A stretch of DNA of 64,000 nucleotides from Chrysomallon squamiferum (Eukaryota > Animalia > Mollusca). The stretch covers positions 3,348,001 to 3,412,000 of the forward strand of contig CM022669.1 in the NCBI GenBank assembly GCA_012295275.1. The letters are read 5' to 3'. Position 1 is the first letter of the stretch; each line of letters starts with the position of its first letter. The notes beneath the pieces are model-generated. The model had not been told where the DNA came from and ran no database searches. It was given only the letters and a program-made list of their open reading frames with translations. Both the position numbers and the translations under genes were made by a program. Below, one piece after another: positions 58,738 to 64,000 of the stretch.

Positions 58738-59082
58738 TTTGACTTGTTTGTATAGGTATAAGAAAATTGTATTTAAATGTACGCGTGTGTGTGTGTATGT
58801 GTATATATATATATATATACACACACACATACATACATACACACACACACACACATATATAGACTGAAAGACGGACGGACGTAGGTCCAGACATGCACGA
58901 CACAAACACGACACAATCATACATGCATACATATTGTGTAAACTGTTATCAATCAGGCTTTGGTATTTTATTAAGACAACTGATGAAGGACCGGACTCTG
59001 AATATTTTATCAATTATATTTATACAATACAATTATTCGGTATGAAGGCGAAGTAAATAAAATTTCACATCAAAGTTTAGCA

Positions 59083-59136
<54 letters not shown>

Positions 59137-59409
59137 TAGATAGTAAATAATCAATTTTCTTATTTTTCGTAATCTGATTTTGCTAGGTAGTGAGTAGCAC
59201 AATTCTCACTAAGCGAACGAGAAAAAAAAAAAAGTTTTTAGCGTCTGCACATTATCAACTAAATACAATGTTTATATCGCTTGTCTGACAGTGTACTGGA
59301 TCCTCTCACGTCATCATTATATAAAAATAATCTCATAGTTAAAACTAGCAGAGATTCCATTGTTGAAAATTAATTTTTCATCACTTTTTTGCAAGACGTA
59401 AGCACCAAA

Positions 59410-59456
<47 letters not shown>

Positions 59457-59859
59457 TATAGAAAAGAAAAAAAAAAAAAAGAAGAAACGAAATTGTGTTT
59501 TTGGCAGTACGTTTTTAAAATTTTATTTTTTGTAAAGCGAAAGTTGTGTCTGTGTATCTGTGTATATGTCTCTATGTTCATCTATCTGTGTCTATACATG
59601 CAATTATTTTTATGTTTTAAATATATATTTTTTTATATATATTTTATTTTACAGACTTGTTTTATCAGTTTTTTTTTTACAAAAGTAAACGTTTTGTGTA
59701 TTTCTGTATAATGCAGACTTTGTAAACTTTCAAAGAGCACTAGGTGGATTGGGAAATTCAGTTAGGCAATACAGAATTGGCGAGAAGTGCAATTAATACA
59801 CATTTGTGACGCACTAAACTAGCTCGGTACTTGTAACATGTATCGACAATCGCTTGTGC

Positions 59860-60010
59860 AATGGACACAACATAATTACGTTCCACGCGCTCGTTATTTA
59901 CTAATCCCGCGCAACGCTTTGACGTGCACGTGCCGGGATCGGGCTAAGGGTCACTTCCGATGTTGTTAGCGCACGAACCGTACCATACTCGGGTCAAAGG
60001 TCAAAAATAC
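59860..60010 (+). promoter_or_regulatory. Candidate distal enhancer with a nuclear-receptor DR1 element
   Basis: Perfect GGGTCA-A-AGGTCA at 59991-60003, imperfect GGGCTA-A-GGGTCA at 59941-59953, ETS core CACTTCCG at 59952-59959 and E-box GCACGTGC at 59926-59933. Confidence 0.45.
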
Positions 60011-63000
60011 TGTAATCCGCACATCTGACTGGAAAGAGGAATAAATTGTCTGTTCGCGTTAAGAAGGATGTCCTCTTGGTTCTCGGGGAGGCAGTTTACC
60101 CGTCTCGCTTGAATGCGTCTCCGCGTAAAGGAATATGAGATTATTATCATATTGCCAGCAGCAATTAATCTTAATAAGTTTTTCTTACGGCGATCTTTAC
60201 AAATTGGCTGACAAAGATGTGAACAAGTGATAAACCAGCAAAAAGCACTTTATTCCAACCGCATGCCTCAAGCTTTTCTCTCAGGGTGTCATCAAATAAT
60301 CACTTTCGACTTTTCCCTGTCACTTTTGTCATATTACCAGATCATATATTATTAGCTCCGAAGGATAACAAGGTTTATTTTTAAAAACACATTTTAAATT
60401 ATTGTCTCTGCAGTCAATTCCATACAAAGAATTTGAAAACAGTATTTTATGCAATATATACTAAAATTTATGCTAGTTATTGAAAGTCTTCTGGTATATA
60501 TATATATGCCATCTTAATAAAAGTTAACCAAAAAAAAAAAAAAAAAAAAAAAATATAAAAAAAAAATTATTAATAAAAAAAAAAATAAATAAATAAATAT
60601 AAAATAAAATATAAAACATACTAAACCTAAATTTGAATTATTTTTTAACATGCTTATATGATGTATTATTATTATTATTATTATTATTATTAGTAGTAGT
60701 AGTAGTAGTAGTAGTAGTACAAGTATTAGCTGCAGTAGTAGAAGTGGTGATGTTGGTATGGAAGTAGTAAAAGCAATAATATAATAGTAAATGCAACTGT
60801 AGTAATTCTGGTAGGAGTCGCGGCAATATTTTAAATATTAATTATTTTTATTTTAAAAATAAAATTAATATATGAACATTGTACTACCTTGCAGTTTTCA
60901 TCCAAATAATTTTGTATTTTGACAAATACTGAAAAAAATCACCTTCAAGAAAATCGGATGCAGCTATTATGTAAATATAGTTTATTTCTCATAAGCTTAT
61001 GCTTACAAGTGTACAATGTCAAATTATTTTATATTTCTAAATTTATTTAGCTTACTGCGTGGGATGTGTTACTGGTTGCAAACCGTACTTTTTTCATTTT
61101 TTTTCAGGGATAATTTTATTAAGGACGTTTTAAAAACTCCAAATAATGCAGTCAAAACTTTGTTAGATGTCTGATCTCTGTTATTTGAAAAAGCTTTCAC
61201 AAGAACAGTTTCTGGCAAATCTGAATTATTAATTCTATTCCTGAATATTTCAAATTAAAATTATGCAAACTAGCTGCTTCTGCTGCCGTCGTTGTGATCG
61301 GCGGAGTCAGCAGACACGTGGAAGCGATGTGGAAGATCGTGCCAAATGATGCGTTAATCTTTGTCAGCGCTGGTTGCTCAATCGTAAGTCAGGGTACAAG
61401 CGTTTCTCGTGTTATTCCTCAATATTGCTGCTTGTGACATTTAAGAGACGCGCCTCGAACGGCCTGAATGCGATGATTTTTCGCTCGATTTATCAAGTGT
61501 CGCGTCTGGAGTACCATTCGGCGTTTAGTACTGGTCGTCAAATTTGTAAAAGACTCTGGAAGAAATTAAATTTAGTCAAGCAGAAAAACATGGCCTGCCA
61601 AGTGATTACAACTGTAACGGGTCAAATGCACTCTCTGTTTTAAAGGCGACATCTTCATTAGCTCAGCACCCCCCACGTCCTTGTCGATTCCATTAGCTGC
61701 GTACCTCGCAGCACCGCGCACGCGCCGCGACGTCGCATCTCGGCAGACGGCTCTGAACTTTATTTACAGCATGCGCGTGGCCGTCCACAAATGGCGGAGC
61801 TGAAAAGCGGTAGAGTAAACAACGCCAGAACGTCTTGTTTTTCACGGGTATCTGCTCTGTGTGAATTTTGTCAATATTTTGTCCTTTGCTCAATAAAACC
61901 ATTCATCTTATGTGACGGTTTTTTTTTCTTCAATAATTGGATGAAGTTTTGAAAAACACGTGCTGTGTCCTTGAATTGTAAACACTGACCACTGGTGCCG
62001 GAGTGGTCGTTCTTTATGTGCATTGTCCTGCCAGGACGAGGTTTTGTTTGATTAAGAGTTGATTGTTTAACGCACTATAAATCAAAGATGTCGTCTTCCA
62101 ACACTACAACAACTTTTAGAAGAAGAAGAAGAAATCTTTACCTACACAATGCCAGCTGTTTCATACTGAAAATACAAAATATACAAAGCTCCTCTCTTTT
62201 TTCTTTCATTCTTTTTTTTTTTTCTTCCTTTTTGTGTGTACTATACACAAACTAGATAGTATTGTTTTTTGCACTGAAGGCGCCGTTTTGCTGATGATTC
62301 AATTAAAAAATGACAACCTTTATGTCTTAAAAGCGTAAACAATCTAGATTAATTAATATAATCCTGAAAATATAGAAGTATGTTAGCCATGAATGTTCAG
62401 GCAAAATTCCGACTGTTTTTAGGCGAAACAACGTTTCTTTATAAATGTTTTGCATTATCACCAAATAAAAACAAGCGATAAAGTAAAAAAAGACTCATTA
62501 AAATGTAACGCTACTGCAATTCAGGTGTTCAAAACGAGAACAGAATAAATGAAATAAATATAATATTTATCAGGATATTTCATTTACATTACGGTCCCAG
62601 AACTGTTTACTGTCTATCCATCCATCCATCCATCCATCTATATTATTATTATTATTTGCAATCTGTCCCGTTTGTTAAATCGTTGAATAACAATACAACC
62701 GCTACAAGAGACATGCACAGTTACCCTCTTCAGTGCTGTACAGATTCGATGAGACGGAAAATGTCTCTGTGCGTTTTATTCTTTCCCGGAAAAAAAGAGT
62801 TCGTGTGCGATGAGGGTCAACATATGCTCTGTTATTTGTTCTCAGATCCATGTATTGCACGAGACAAATACATTTTGTTATCTAGAAAGAAATAAAAACA
62901 ATAGACTAACAATCGATGCGTAATAAAAACACCTGATGTAGAATATTTAATAATTACAGTGAAGTCTCAATATAAGAATTTGCTTTATAGTAAAAGTACA

Positions 63001-63203
63001 GGCCACTTTAAATCTTTATGTAATAAAAGTGAACATAAATGAATAAATAAAGATGATGATGAAAATAATCATATATAAAAATAAATAAACAACAACAACA
63101 ACAACAACAAAAAGACACTGAGATGTTCCCTTCATGTCTTGCCATTAATATAAAAAATTTCCAAAAATAATAAAAATATATAAATAAATAAATACAAATT
63201 AAA

Positions 63204-63246
<43 letters not shown>

Positions 63247-63442
63247 TTAGAATTATCTTTGTTAATCATCATTATATACTTCAAATTCATGTTTCACGTT
63301 ACGTACTTTCATGTTGGTATAAATATTCAATGAAAAAGGAGGAACATTCGCATAGACATGATCACAGTCATTTGTGACGTTTCTAAAATAAATTCCTCGA
63401 CTTATATGTGTATATATATATACATATATATGTCTATGTATG

Positions 63443-63491
<49 letters not shown>

Positions 63492-63864
63492 CTCGCCATT
63501 ACTATTCAAACAAATAACAGAAATGTAATTAATTTAAATTTCACATTTAAAACCTAATATAATTATATTTATGAACTGAATATGCTGACGTTTATTCTAC
63601 CCGTATCCTCTATAGAACTAGTACGTAAAGCACAGACAACTCCTTACCACTAATATCCATTCCGTTTCGACTTTACAGAAGCCATCTTAGTTTTTGTTCT
63701 TAGTACGTACGTTACCTAAGGAAAAAATGCAACGTCACTCTATTGTTGACGTCACAAATATTAAAGAATAGCTCAGCCAATTTTCGATGAATAGGGAATA
63801 CTGAATCAGTTGAAGGTAAATGAATTTATGGTCATTTGTTTTTATCTTTTCTTTTCTGTTATTA

Positions 63865-63915
<51 letters not shown>

Positions 63916-64000
63916 GTACGTATAAACTATTTTACTTTATAAAAATAAATCTTAAAGATAATTATCATAAACGTTCACCAAAATCGAGTTTTAGTTTACA

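Noticed and set aside
61705-61730. REST/RE1-like site CAGCACC...GCGCC
   Set aside because: Lacks the GGACAG half-site and has the wrong spacing.

Overview
AT-rich, microsatellite-dense eukaryotic (animal) DNA, probably lophotrochozoan or gastropod-like (inferred from the repeat types; not established). The only supportable protein-coding gene is an Islet-class LIM-homeobox gene on the minus strand. Its four coding exons lie at 12708-12684 (start), 11870-11681 (LIM1), 5416-5080 (LIM2 plus a poly-Asn linker) and 387-113 (homeodomain). All have GT-AG junctions with matching phases 1,2,1,0, and the remaining 3' exons lie left of the window. As given, exon 3 carries a 1-nt deletion near 5284-5289 that breaks LIM2, most likely an assembly error. 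A CCAAT/E-box/GC-box promoter lies at about 12895-12965. The roughly 51 kb upstream is gene-free: CpG-rich islands with transcription-factor motifs alternate with simple-repeat tracts, plus minisatellites, decayed SINE-like pieces and a Tc2-like transposon remnant. Nearly all ORFs in the supplied track are microsatellite artefacts. I found no convincing novel system. The best leads are the frameshift, candidate Islet enhancers, a promoter-like island at 23.1-23.4 kb, a 66-bp palindrome and a dimeric 28-bp satellite.
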